Assembly (NCBI GenBank): GCA_905178155.1
Contig: CAJINV010000002.1
Location: forward strand, 4,222,285 to 4,262,595
DNA: 40,311 bases
DNA from: Amoebophrya sp. A120
Lineage: Eukaryota; Protista; Dinoflagellata
Direction of reading: 5' to 3'
Shown piece after piece: positions 1 to 10,926 of this stretch. The translations under genes were made by a program, and so were the position numbers. Position 1 is the first letter of the stretch. Each line of letters begins with the position of its first letter. The notes below the pieces were generated by a model that saw only the letters and a list, made by a program, of their open reading frames with translations, did no database searches and had not been told where the DNA came from.

Positions 1-238
1 GGACGTTAGATTTTTGATTGCTCTACATTACAAGACCGGCACTTGTGTCGGCCCGCCGAAGTTTCGCGCGCGGGTTCAGCAGTCTTCTTTCTCGCGAAAA
101 AGGTGAGTCTCCTGACCCTTTCGGTCGTCACCACTCCGCCGGTGTCTGTGCCCTCGGGCGCGTCACCCACCTCAGGACCTCAGGTTAAGAGTTTGTCGAC
201 GTAATTTACAAAGGGACACCCTGCCCTTAGTTTCCCAA
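1..238. mobile_element. Right end of nested element, copy 1 (truncated by the window), inserted in a family-G introner
   Basis: Similar to 2010-2253 (near-identical over the first ~140 nt); same right junction CCCTTAGTTTCCCAA|CATGACA. Confidence 0.8.
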
Positions 239-388
239 CATGACAAATTCTGGGAGTCCAAATAGCACTACAATCGTCCGTGCAAAAACTTGTCATGCAC
301 AGCATACACGTGTGCTGGTGTTTGTATTGCTGTTCACGCTTCTATACTTACAAATGAGGGGGAGGAGGTGGTGTGGTGCAGTCTCATA
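239..388. mobile_element. Introner family G, right half
   Basis: Ends ...GGTGCAGTCTCATA; resembles the right half of 15757-15992. Confidence 0.75.
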
Positions 389-3300
389 CGAGCCTACACG
401 GGAGCAGTACCGTCTCCAGGAACTCCGCCACCTCCACCACTGCGAGCTGCTGGAGCATGTTCGACACACACATGGCGCTATGCTTTGCAAAAGCATCGTA
501 CTAGTTAGTAGAAATCGCATTACAAATTCGGTCAGCATGACAAATGCAATTTGTCATGCTGTAGTTTTGCCTTGGGATGGAGATTTCGATTTGTAAATGC
601 ATGCTTGCGAAGATTACTACGAGTGCGATACTTTTGCACAGGATAGGCGCTGTGCTACTGCAAAAAGCCTAACGCCGCCAAGGTGTCCTATGACACTTCG
701 GAGAATTTGTCCTCCGCGGCGCGAACACTGTTTCTGCCCGACGTGACCAAAACCGACCATGGGTGGCCACATAATGCTATCAAATGCAAATATGTCTGGG
801 TCCTCTGGAAACTTGTAATGCTGCGTCGGGAAATAAAATAGTGAATGCTCTGTAATGCACAGCCAAGCATGAGAAATATCTGCGCTTCTTTGTGTTGCGT
901 TTTTCGCATGACAAACTGCGTTTTTGCATGACAGGCAAAAGGGAAAATAGAATAGAGACGGCACAGGCAGAAGTGGTTTTTGACCGGTCTAGTTTTACAC
1001 ACGCGCGATATTTTTAGTCTTTTACCTAGATTTATGTGCTATTTACTCTTTTCCTAGGGGCTTTCACTTCGTGACCATTACGATGGTCATGGGCATTATT
1101 TCCATCCTGGTTCTCGAATTTGTTGCAGCTTGGCCAAATTGTCATGCGATTTCTCAGTTTGGTCATGCTCTGCTTTGATCTCGTGGCACTTTTTACTTGG
1201 GCGTCGTGTTTGTCATGCTGGACGTACCAACCTCATTGTTCTCCTGGCTATTTGCATGTTGGTCCCTGGACTTGGACGTTGGCGCCACGATCGCAACTCC
1301 ATTTCCCAAACCGCTGCTTTCTTTCCTGCTAGAAATTCGAGATGCCACCTTTAGGATGGTTCGTTCGGTAGGTGGGACTGTGTCATAATTAGTTTCTTCA
1401 CGCCCTTTTTTACTTTTCTTTTCTGTTCCCTCGGTGCTAAGACACGAATCTTGCACAGTGCTAATTCTACTCAGATAACAACAGAACTCACATCGTAGCA
1501 CTCCCAGGAGTCTCGGTTGCTGTCTCTCGGTAGAAGTCGCGCAGTTCAATTTTCTGGCTTGGAGTTTACCGGGTACGCGGTCTGGCTTGGAGTTTACCGG
1601 GTAGACCGGCGCTTTTTGTGTCGGCCCGCCGAAGTTTCGCGCGCGGGTTTAGCAGTCTTCTTTCTCGCGAAAAACAAAAAGGTGAGTCTCCTGACCCTTC
1701 CGGTCGTCACCACTCCGCCCGCGTTCGTGCTCGCACGGCGCCACCACGAGGACCACCACGGTTAAAGTCCTGGTTTAGTCCCTGGCCCGGTCTGCTAATC
1801 CGGGTAAGTAGCAGCATCGTCGTGCTTCTTCGCTAAATCACTTACTGGCGCCTGACCGCAGCTCGGGGAGTAATTATATAGACGGTCGCCGCTTGTGGTG
1901 GTCAGAGGCGTTCGAGTCTAGTTAGTCCTTAGCTGCGCGCTACTCTTTCAGTTCGTGCGGGCTCCAGGTGCTGCGATCACCGGCAGAAGCTTAACAACAG
2001 CGAACATAAGGACGTTAGATTTTTGATTGCTCTACATTACAAGACCGGCACTTGTGTCGGCCCGCCGAAGTTTCGAGCGCGGGTTCAGCAGTCTTCTTTC
2101 TCGCGAAAAAGGTGAGTCTCCTGACCCTTTCGGTCGTCACCACTCCGCCAGTATTCGTGCTTGCGCGGTACCTCACGATGACGTCGATGATGACGGTTAA
2201 AAGTTTGCAGCCTTAATTTACAAAGGGACGCCCTGCTGCCCTTAGTTTCCCAACATGACAGGCAAAAGGGTCTCTTCTTGGACACGCATCACAAACTTTT
2301 TGGTCATGCCAGACGAGCATGACAAACTTGCATTTTTCCAGACCCAGACATTTTTACAATCCATAAATGCAGTGACCACCGAGCGCGTTACCGTGGACTC
2401 TTTGCTGACCCGGAAACTGGACCCAACCCTCATATCAAATGCAAAAATTTCTGGGTCTGAAAGGTTGGAACTTGTGATGCTAACTTTGGACTCCAAAAGA
2501 ATCTGTACTGCATGACCAGCAAGAGGAGTCTAGTTTGTGCTACGCGGGGAGGGCATTTGTCATGCAGCGGAGTAGGCATCAGGAAGCCCACCTCTAAAAA
2601 TCTGTGATGCTAGGTCGTGCATTACAGACATCCTGAGTCATGATGCAAAATATGCATGACGAACCCGGCAACATTGCAGACCCAGACACTTTTGCGTTTG
2701 ATACCTCAAGGCGGAGCACAATCTGCTGGCGCGGAGCACGATTATGTCCAATCAGTATCGGCAGGACAGCAATCCCCGGTATGTGTCCAAGTATCGGTCC
2801 TATGCGAAGAATATGCACTGCAAAAGTATCGTACTCGTATAGATGCATTACAAATTTCCTCAGCATGAGAAATAAAATTTGTAATGCTAATCTGCCTTGA
2901 GAACAAGGTTTGTAATGCAAGACTTGCATTAGCATTTATACGAGTGCGATACTTTTGCACAGGATAAAGAACTGGGTGCTCGCGGAATTGGGCGAAAGCT
3001 GCGAGCTATCAAATGCAAATATGTCTGTGGGTCTGGAAGGATACAACTTGTGATGCTACTCTTGGAATCTACATAAAATCTGTATTGCATGGACAGCAAA
3101 ACAAGAGGTCGAGGTGTAGTAATTTTCGGTACGCGGAGAGGGCGAGGGCGTTTCTCATGCGGTATGAGCATCAGAAAGCCCTCGAAAAATCTCTGATGCT
3201 CGGGCATGCATCACAGACCTCATGGGTAATGCAAAATCTGCATGACAAACTCCTGCTCCTGCATTCTTTCAGACCCAGATAGTTTTGCAATCCATACGAG

Positions 3301-6300
3301 CTCACCTGCGCGAAGAGCGGAAATCGGGTGTGCAACGCGAAGGAGCTTCTGAAGCTGACGTCGGTGGAGAAAGTCGACCTGGCCCTGGCTGAGGCTCTCG
3401 GCGAGAAGATCGAGGTCGGGAGTATGAACTGCAGAAGTATCGTACTCGTATAAATGCATTACAAATTTCTTCAGCGTGAGAAATAAAATTTGTAATGCTG
3501 ATTAAGGTTAAGAAAAAGATTTGTAATTATGCATGAGTGCAATACGAGCACGATACTTTTGCACAGGATAGGGAGCGATGGAAGCTTATCGCACGGCCTG
3601 CAAACCGGGTGCGCCGTATCAAATGCAAAAGTGTCTGGGTCTGGCAGAGTGCAAACTTGTCATGCAGCTTTTCCATGACCCGCGAGGTCTGGAATGCGGG
3701 ACCTAGCATCACAGACTCTGTGGGATCTCTACCATGCCCATCCTGCATGAGAAATCCCCTCCCAACTCGGTCGAAAGTGGACAGCTTTTGGCACTCATGC
3801 AACACAGATTTTTTGCATCATTCAGATTTAGCATGACAAGTGGCAACCTCCCAGGCCCAGACATGTTTGCAGTGCGTACGCCACCGCGGCGAACAATCCC
3901 GATCGAGGGTCGAACAACCACTCAAGCGCGCGCAACTACCCCGGCGTGCCGGCACTTTCTTGGCCCGGGACGTGCTCGTACTACACTTCGGCCGCCAATA
4001 ATGTGATCGGGAGACATACGCAATGTAAATTTCCTGTACATGATGTACAAAATGCATGACAAATTTCGCTACCTTGCAGAGTCCAACTTGTCATGCTGGA
4101 CTAGGATTGAAGGCAAGTTTTGTCATGCAGAGACTGCATTTGTACGGGAGATTTACTGGTGATAAGACACATCCGCACGGACGGCACGGTCCCCCTGGCA
4201 ACCGAAAACGTGGAATATGCATTGCAACAGTAACGTTAACGTACTAGTATAAATTGCATTACAAATAATTTTTTGCAAGAACAAAAGTGGGATTTGTAAT
4301 GCTGTTTTACCTTAGGAGGAAGATTTGTCATGCCTATCTGCAATTACTACGAGTACGAGTACGTTAGTACTTTTGCACAGCATATGGAAGTCACCGTCAC
4401 AACCTGCGATATTGCGGGCGCGGGCGATGGAGGTGTGGCCTCCCTGAAAGTGAAGCTGTTCGAGCGCACAGCTACCGGGAGCGGAACCGCCACCGAGCAC
4501 ATCCTGTCTTTTTCGCTCGTGAATGACAATGCGGCTTACACCCAAACGGCCACGGGCCTGGCCGGCTCGATCTCTCGCGTCACTGTTTACGTGGTCACGA
4601 CGTCAGTGAGCGACTTGTCCACCTGGGGAGTGTGCATCGAGAAGATTCACATCGACACACTGGGGCCCATCAACTTCGGAAGCCGCTTCTGGTTCAAAGG
4701 AGCGGTCCGAAATGAATTTGACGGCGTGCCGGAGTTGATGGTCACCGGGGGGACTGGCCCGGCCAACTGGCCCGCGGAGTACAAGCAGGCGTTCATTTAT
4801 GTGAATCCCAACTACGATCACGGCATGGTGTGCTCCGCGAAACCTGCCTACCCAAAGCACGACCTATGCAAGAAAAAAACTGTGTAAGAAGTCGTGTAAG
4901 TCTGTGATGCAGAAAATGCAGAACAGTTACACTTGTCATGCCAGACAACCACGAAGTCCTCTTTCCCTCTGTGTTATCCCTTACAAGAATATGCATGACA
5001 GGTTTTCTCTGTCATGGGGAGTAAATTTGTGATGCTGTCAGCCAAAGGAAGCTACACTAGTAGCTCAGTTTTATTTTTCTTTCATACGACCGGCCCATCT
5101 GCTACTGTGACCACTATGAGATTTTGGCCAACGCGGGGGAGGTATCCAGGAAAAAACACCCATCCCCATCCATCTTTTGCATGACAAACACTGCTTTTGA
5201 CGCATGTTTTGCATGACAAATTGGATGGGGATGGGTGTTTTTTTCTGGATAGGAGGAGGTAAAAGTGGGCGACGCGTTATCCAAAGAAAAAAGTTTTACA
5301 GTTACACACTAACTATTTGTAGTAACTTCAGCACGACAAACTTGTTGCTCTTCAGCTTCATTTCAGACAAAAGTTGCAATGCAGAAATTATAAGGGAAAG
5401 CATGTACAACTATGAGTATGAAACGATTCTCGCAAGAAGCGTTTCCGGCATGACAGAGGTTGCCTGCTGTCTTGCTAGTTTTACATCACAGTGCATAACT
5501 GTAACCTTTTTTGCTCTCCATGCGCGTTGGTTTCCCGCGGTTGGCCCGCGTTTCCTCAGTGGCAGATGGTCACTGCCGGCACGTATCAACTGCAACCATG
5601 TCATCTGGATCTGGAACTTCGTGATGCTAAAGTGTGCATGATGAAAAGCAAAAGACTTCCTTATGCTGCTGGAACGCATGACAAATTTGCAGAACGCTTT
5701 CTCATGATACGAACTCCGCATGGGAAGCTGCGTTTTTGTATGACGTGACGAGAGGCTGCCACTTCTGTTGGTCACACACGCAATACAGATTTCACAGGAA
5801 AAATGTAAGACCAGCATTACAAGTTCCAATTTTCCAGACCCAGACATTTTTGCATGTGATAGCACATATCAGACAGACGCAGAGGCGGGGACCTTATGAA
5901 CTGCAAAAGTATCCTCGTACTAGTATAAATTGCATTAGAAATTTCCGCAGCGCGAGAAATAAAATGTGTAATGCGGACTTGCCTTAAGAAAAAGATTTGC
6001 AATGCAAGACTTGCATTTATACGAGTAGAAGTGCGATACTTTTGCACACGATAGACCTACAGCGAGTACCTCACCGTGTTGAACGCGGCTAACCAAGTAT
6101 CCTGAGTAAAAACGTACCCACCCCATAGTCAAGTTGTTATTTTGGTAAATCTGCAACACAAATCTCCATGTTTTGGGAGTTGTGCATGGCAAGTCCAAGT
6201 TTCCATCTGTAGTGTAGTGCTGTTTAGGAAGGACAGCTTCAGCTGCATCACAGAGACGCCTGCTCATCCTGTTTACATCAGCATTACAAATCCCATAACA

Positions 6301-8512
6301 CGACTAAGTACGAATTCCCCTCTTGCGGATGTACATTAGTTACAGATTTTTCTGTATGCAAATCTGCATGGCAGGACGCTTTTAAATAGGATACCAAATA
6401 AAGGTTATAAATGCGGGACCACAGGTTGTATCAAATGCAAAAATGTCTGGGTCTGGAAGATTCTGAAACTTGTCATGCACGTTTTGCATGGGCCAGCACT
6501 ATGTCGGTGATGCATGCCCTAGCATCACAGACTTTTTGAGGGCTTCGCCGCGATACCTTTTCCGCATGACAAATGCCCTCGCCGCGTAGCCAAAATTGCA
6601 TCCCCTTTTTTGCTGGTCATGCAATACAAATTTTTTCAGAATCCAGAGACAGCATCACAAGTTTAGAATGTTCCAGACCCAGACATTTTTTCATTTGATA
6701 CGTTGCTAGCAGCATGTACGGCGTTCTCAAACGTTACATTCTGAACTGCTACGTGAACAATTTGTAATGCAAGAATGGCAAAAGTGCAAGGCGGAACCGG
6801 AAGATTGCGCCTTTTGCATTACAAGTTTTGCCGCGCAGATTATCATGCTATCTAGTGCTTCGTGGACTTGTCATGCGAAGCAGCTTGATCATGTAGATAT
6901 GTATTGCAATTGTGCAGCATGATGACAAACTCATGTAACAGTTGAGAGTGTAGTAACGTTTGAAAACGCCATAGCATGGGCGTTGCGTCCTTTTGGATCA
7001 AACCCTTTTCCAGTGGAAAGACGAAAGTTACCAGCTACCATCGGTTATCAAGCGAAAATTTGTCTGGGTCTATGCATGTTTGTCATGCTTGTCTGGCATG
7101 ACTCTTAAATCTGTCATGCACGTTAGAAGTACTCAAGAGGAAGAGCTCCGCTTTTCTGTCGTGCAGAAACTACGGAGCTTGTCATGCAGAATAGGCAACA
7201 CAACCTAGAAGCTCAGAAACTTGCCATGCTGAGCCAGCACTTGTGGCCTCCTGCTCATGATACGCCACCCAGCATCACAAGTTTCCAGACAACATCCAGG
7301 GACATTTGCAATGCATATCGCTCACTCAATTACGACGCGGACGAAGAAGAAATCCCAGCCGTTATCCTGAGGAAGAACGTCCCCACACCAGAGTCAAGAT
7401 GGGAAATCTGCTAGACAAATCAACCACTTTTCATTGCTTCGCATGACAAGTTTGCCCTCATAGTGTGATCCTTTTTCGCTAGTTCAGCAGCGTCACTGAT
7501 CTAGCGCATCATGCTGATTCTAGCATCACAAAGTCCAAAACACGACTAGAAAACGCTTCTCATGGGGGTCCGCGTGAGAAACTTTTTTGGTATGCAGATT
7601 TGCATCACAACTCTGGGGTGGCGACGTTTTTACTCAGCATAGCCGTGTCGTCCGACACTGCTTGGCAAGATGTGCTCTGTGCCGTTCACATGAAAGTGCG
7701 CATGGAGTATCCGTCGCAAACTTATTGCAAGGAAAAATCCCCCCTCCCCATCATATTGAAAACATGTCCTTCTCCTTCCAAAAATTTGTGATGCAGATTT
7801 GTGGCCACAAATCCTGTCTGTCTTCCCAGAAGGCAAATCCAGAGAGTCCGCCACGATATGCAGGCGGTTTGTAATGCTGCAAGGCCTACAGGGCATACGT
7901 CTGCCATGCCAGGCCCCTACACCAAAAGGCCCCCCCCTTAGGCTTGCAATCTGCGTGCAGTGCTCTCCTGCAAGACAAATGTGCCCGCGTCACAGATTTC
8001 AGCTTTGATATGCTGGGGAGGGTGGATTTTCATTTTGATAAAACTGGTATCACGGTGGGGGACACGGCCGAGTGTGCGGCAATATCCTGCGCAAAAAGTT
8101 TGTACTTACTCGTCGTCATCCACATTACAAATGTGCGTTGCTCGCCCTGAGCAAATTATTTGTCATGCGATTTGTACAACTAGTAGGTGCGATAGTTTTG
8201 CGAAGTGCATAAGTTTTGGGGAGCTGCAACTCGGCGTCCGGGGATGACTCTCTTTTCTACTGGTTCTCGGGGAGAACAGAAGGACCGAAGGAGCGTGCGG
8301 TAGATGCAAGCTTTGCAGCGCACACTGGGAGTGGAGGGGGGGCAACTTGGAGCACCTGGCTCCCTCTGACCAAGTATGAGCACCGTTTTGTGACCTCGGA
8401 CATCGTTTTGCTGAACCTGGGAGTGCGCGAAGACGGGCTCCAAATCGCGGCACTGAAACTCGAGTGCAGCCAAGGCAGCGCAGCCTGGGTGAAGGTGAGC
8501 GCTTGGCGCTGA
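389..8512 (+). CDS. Gene 1 (5'-partial, multi-exon): Cys-rich, probably extracellular protein with a PLAT/LH2-like domain; interrupted by 22 introners
   Basis: Removing each element plus one 5-bp repeat gives one ORF to TGA 8510-8512: SLHGSSTVSRN...HMALCYCKKP...GWPHN|AVTTERV...YAKNWVLAELGESCELTCAKSGNRVCNAKELL...ENVEVTVTTCDIAGAGDGG...WGVCIEKIHID...MVCSAKPAYPKHDRPICYCDH...AAWVKVSAWR*. Domain names are by motif resemblance only. Confidence 0.8.
479..645. mobile_element. Introner family B
   Basis: TIR TAT..TGCAAAAG / CTTTTGCACAGGATA; direct repeat (DR) ggcgc/ggcgc. Confidence 0.9.
778..2365. mobile_element. Introner family A carrying the 1.3-kb nested insertion
   Basis: TIR ..ATGTCTGGGTC / GACCCAGACAT..; DR aatgc/aatgc; frame joins HN|AVT. 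Confidence 0.85.
944..2253. mobile_element. 1310-bp non-coding element nested in introner 778-2365, with a 17-bp target duplication
   Basis: CATGACAGGCAAAAGGG at 927-943 and 2254-2270. Removing the insert restores a normal-length family-A introner. Internal direct repeat ~1617-1765 vs ~2054-2200; 28-bp-period tandem at 1553-1603. Confidence 0.85.
2433..2703. mobile_element. Introner family A
   Basis: TIR; DR cctca/cctca. Confidence 0.9.
2812..2966. mobile_element. Introner family B
   Basis: TIR; DR aagaa/aagaa. Confidence 0.9.
3007..3296. mobile_element. Introner family A
   Basis: TIR; DR cgagc/cgagc. Confidence 0.9.
3423..3570. mobile_element. Introner family B
   Basis: TIR; DR gggag/gggag. 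Confidence 0.9.
3617..3878. mobile_element. Introner family A
   Basis: TIR, ends GTA; DR cgccg/cgcca. Confidence 0.85.
4017..4164. mobile_element. Introner (singleton)
   Basis: TAC..GTAAATTTCCTGTACA / TGTACGGGAGATTTAC..ATA; DR agaca/agaca. Confidence 0.85.
4216..4384. mobile_element. Introner family B
   Basis: TIR; DR tggaa/tggaa. Confidence 0.9.
4865..5086. mobile_element. Introner family E
   Basis: TATGCAAGAAAAAAACTGTG start; DR cgacc/cgacc. Confidence 0.85.
5143..5251. mobile_element. Introner (singleton, 109 nt, near-perfect ~29-bp TIR)
   Basis: TATCCAGGAAAAAACACCCATCCCCATCC / GGATGGGGATGGGTGTTTTTTTCTGGATA; DR ggagg/ggagg. Confidence 0.9.
5278..5522. mobile_element. Introner family H
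   Basis: TIR TACAGTTA/TAACTGTA, ends ATG; DR cgcgt/cgcgt. Confidence 0.85.
5584..5861. mobile_element. Introner family A
   Basis: TIR; DR gcacg/gcaca. Confidence 0.85.
5895..6053. mobile_element. Introner family B
   Basis: TIR; DR gacct/gacct. Confidence 0.9.
6098..6393. mobile_element. Introner family I
   Basis: TATCCTGAGTAAAAACGT / GACGCTTTTAAATAGGATA; DR ccaag/ccaaa. Confidence 0.8.
6429..6700. mobile_element. Introner family A (reverse orientation relative to 11536)
   Basis: TIR; DR ggttg/cgttg. Confidence 0.9.
6717..6973. mobile_element. Introner family D
   Basis: TACGGCGTTCTCAAACGTTAC / GTAACGTTTGAAAACGCCATA; DR gcatg/gcatg. Confidence 0.9.
7046..7317. mobile_element. Introner family A
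   Basis: Degenerate TIR; DR tcggt/tcgct. Confidence 0.85.
7363..7641. mobile_element. Introner family I
   Basis: TIR; DR gccgt/gccgt. Confidence 0.85.
7723..8040. mobile_element. Introner family F
   Basis: AAAAATCCCCCTCCCC / GGGGAGGGTGGATTTT; DR aaact/aaact. Confidence 0.9.
8083..8211. mobile_element. Introner family B-like, degenerate
   Basis: TAT..ATA with weak TIR; DR lost (ggcaa/agttt), but removing element+5 nt keeps the frame. Confidence 0.7.
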
Positions 8513-10926
8513 TAAAAGAAGAAGAAGAACCCACGTATAGAACATAGTAGATCCTTTTTAGCTCCTCGTCTCAGTAGACATGTTGATCAGCGTTTTTACA
8601 ATGAGCATAAACATCAACCGTTAAAATACTGGTATGAAATCTCAATCTCTTCAGCTACCTTCTTGTGAATAGCAGACACAAGAAGAAAAACCAGCTCCAC
8701 GAGCTGCTAGTAGAGTGTAGTTAGGTTGTTTTTTTATATTTTTCGACGCTAAGCTAGAGGTAAGTAACGGCTTTTTTTTCAATCGACGAGTCGAGGACCA
8801 CGACGGCACCAAAGTTTCGAGCAAGCACATGCAGCACTTTGAATTCCACTAAATATATAAAACGCTTTTCTCAACTGGAATTGTCGCCCGCTCGACTCCG
8901 TCGATGTAGTGTTTTTTTTCTAAACTAGCCGATTTGTGATTGTGGTTGTTTATGGTCTTCATCTTTATCGCAATCTGTCTCTCAGCGGATCGACCACGTT
9001 GGAGAAGTTGTTGAGTCCTTCCAGCACTGATTTCCTTCTGATATAAATAGCGAGTGAAATAAACAAAGAATAAGAATAAGAAGTAGACGTTTTTGATTAC
9101 CCCAATTTTTTTTTTGGCAAGAACGACAGTGCCTGGCTGACGATCGGGTCGTGGTGGATTTGCACAGAAGCGCCAGTCTCTTCCTTTGCAAGACGGGAAA
9201 GCAAGCGGCGCTAGCGCCGCCCTATGGAGGCTACGAAGTAGAATTATTTACGGAGAAGTAGTAGAACGACCAAGCGGCAGAAGTAGAAGATAGGATGCAG
9301 AGCAAAAGAATGGAAATTGCGACCCAAAAAAAATTTTCGTAAAACATCAACAAATTTGTTGGGCTTTAAATTTCGTTTCTCATGATGGTACGTACTCATA
9401 CTCAACTGAAGTAGATACTCGCCGCGCCGGCGCCCGCACCAACAGCACAAAAGGTCAGCAAGAAAGAACAGAAGGTGCTGGTGCGAGCTCCTGCTTCAAG
9501 ACCGGCAACTTGGCAAACAATTGTGTTGCTTGTAGTTTTTCTTGAAAAAAATACGTAAGAAGAAGAAAAGAGGTGGGGCATCTGCTGCAAAGGTAATGGA
9601 GCAGTTGCTGCAGTTCGTTGTGACGAGTGCTGTTCTACTCAATCCATAGAGACGAGCGTCCGTCTCATTTTATTTCCAGGGTAGAGGGCACCGGCTCGGG
9701 GTCTGCGTTTTCCAAAAACGACGGTGCTTCTACTGGGTTCGCTCCAGTATCTATCGTCGTTTTCAGCATCTTCGTGTCGTGTCTTCTTGCATTTTTCAAG
9801 GGGCGACGTCTCGATCAAGTAGAACTCATGTACTAGTTCTCGTCTCGTGTTGCTGCATGATACCATCTCTATCTTCTGGACTTTCAGGAGTTGTGCAACA
9901 AGTACTCGCTAGATAGGACGAGAAAGCAGAAGCACGTGACCACGACCACTAACATGAAGCCCCCTCATCCTAAATAGAGGGACAATGTAGAAAATAACAA
10001 GTAAATCTTCAACAAGAAACTAGCACAGCAGACACAGGAGAACTTACTCGGTTGCGGTTCATCGATTTGTCGCCTTGCGTTCATCGGGGGGGGGGCGTGA
10101 TCAACATGCAGAACTGTTTTTAGTGATCTTAAATTGCTGGCCTCGTCAGTTCGCCGCCCCTGTGAAGTAAGAGTTTAGCTTTAGTGTTTATTCGTGAAAA
10201 AGTGAAAACAAAGATGAAGATCGCAGATCAAGTAGAAGTCGTTTTGGTGGAGGATTTGAACAATACTTTTGGGTCGTCGTCGTCGTGTACAGAATTGTTG
10301 TGCCCACCAAGTTCTTCATTTTTATTTTCGATCATCGTCGGAAATTCAATTTTGTAGCGCGACAAGCAAGAAGAGCAAGATAGATGAGCCTGCTCGGGTC
10401 GTGGTGTGGTACAAGGGAAGTCTTCACCCCAGAAGTCGTATTGTTCGTCGTCGTAGTCGTTGTTGCCCGTGATGATTTCGTCGACCGTCGGTCAATAGAG
10501 AAAAATCAAATGCGAAAAAATAACGCTTCGTGATGATTAAATAAAAAAATGAAGCAGAAGCATCGTGGGCAACTCTGTTTATGACTATCACTATGCCATG
10601 GGTAGAAGATAGCTTCCAAGAAGAACCTGAATGAATCTACATTCTCTTCCGCAGTTTTTTTTTCGTGTGATAGCAGGAACTAGAACTACGAGGCAATAGA
10701 AGGTATTTTTAAAGCTTTAAGAAATAAAGCTAGTGCGCCAACCAGTCGTGTTTAGCTTTACTAGAATTTTTGCATCATAAAAATGCAGAATAAAAAAGTG
10801 AATGGGGGAACAAGAACAGACGAAAAGGCAACAAGCATCATCGTAGTCGTCTGATAAAGTAGCAATTACAAAAGTAGAGCGCGGTGGGGGGAAAACGAAA
10901 AAGAGTATTAAAACAAGAGCAACAAC

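Noticed and set aside
2055-2095. Hammerhead ribozyme on the minus strand (CUGCUGA...GAAAC) in the nested element
   Set aside because: The core deviates from CUGANGA and stem II does not pair. An Infernal search would be needed to revive it.
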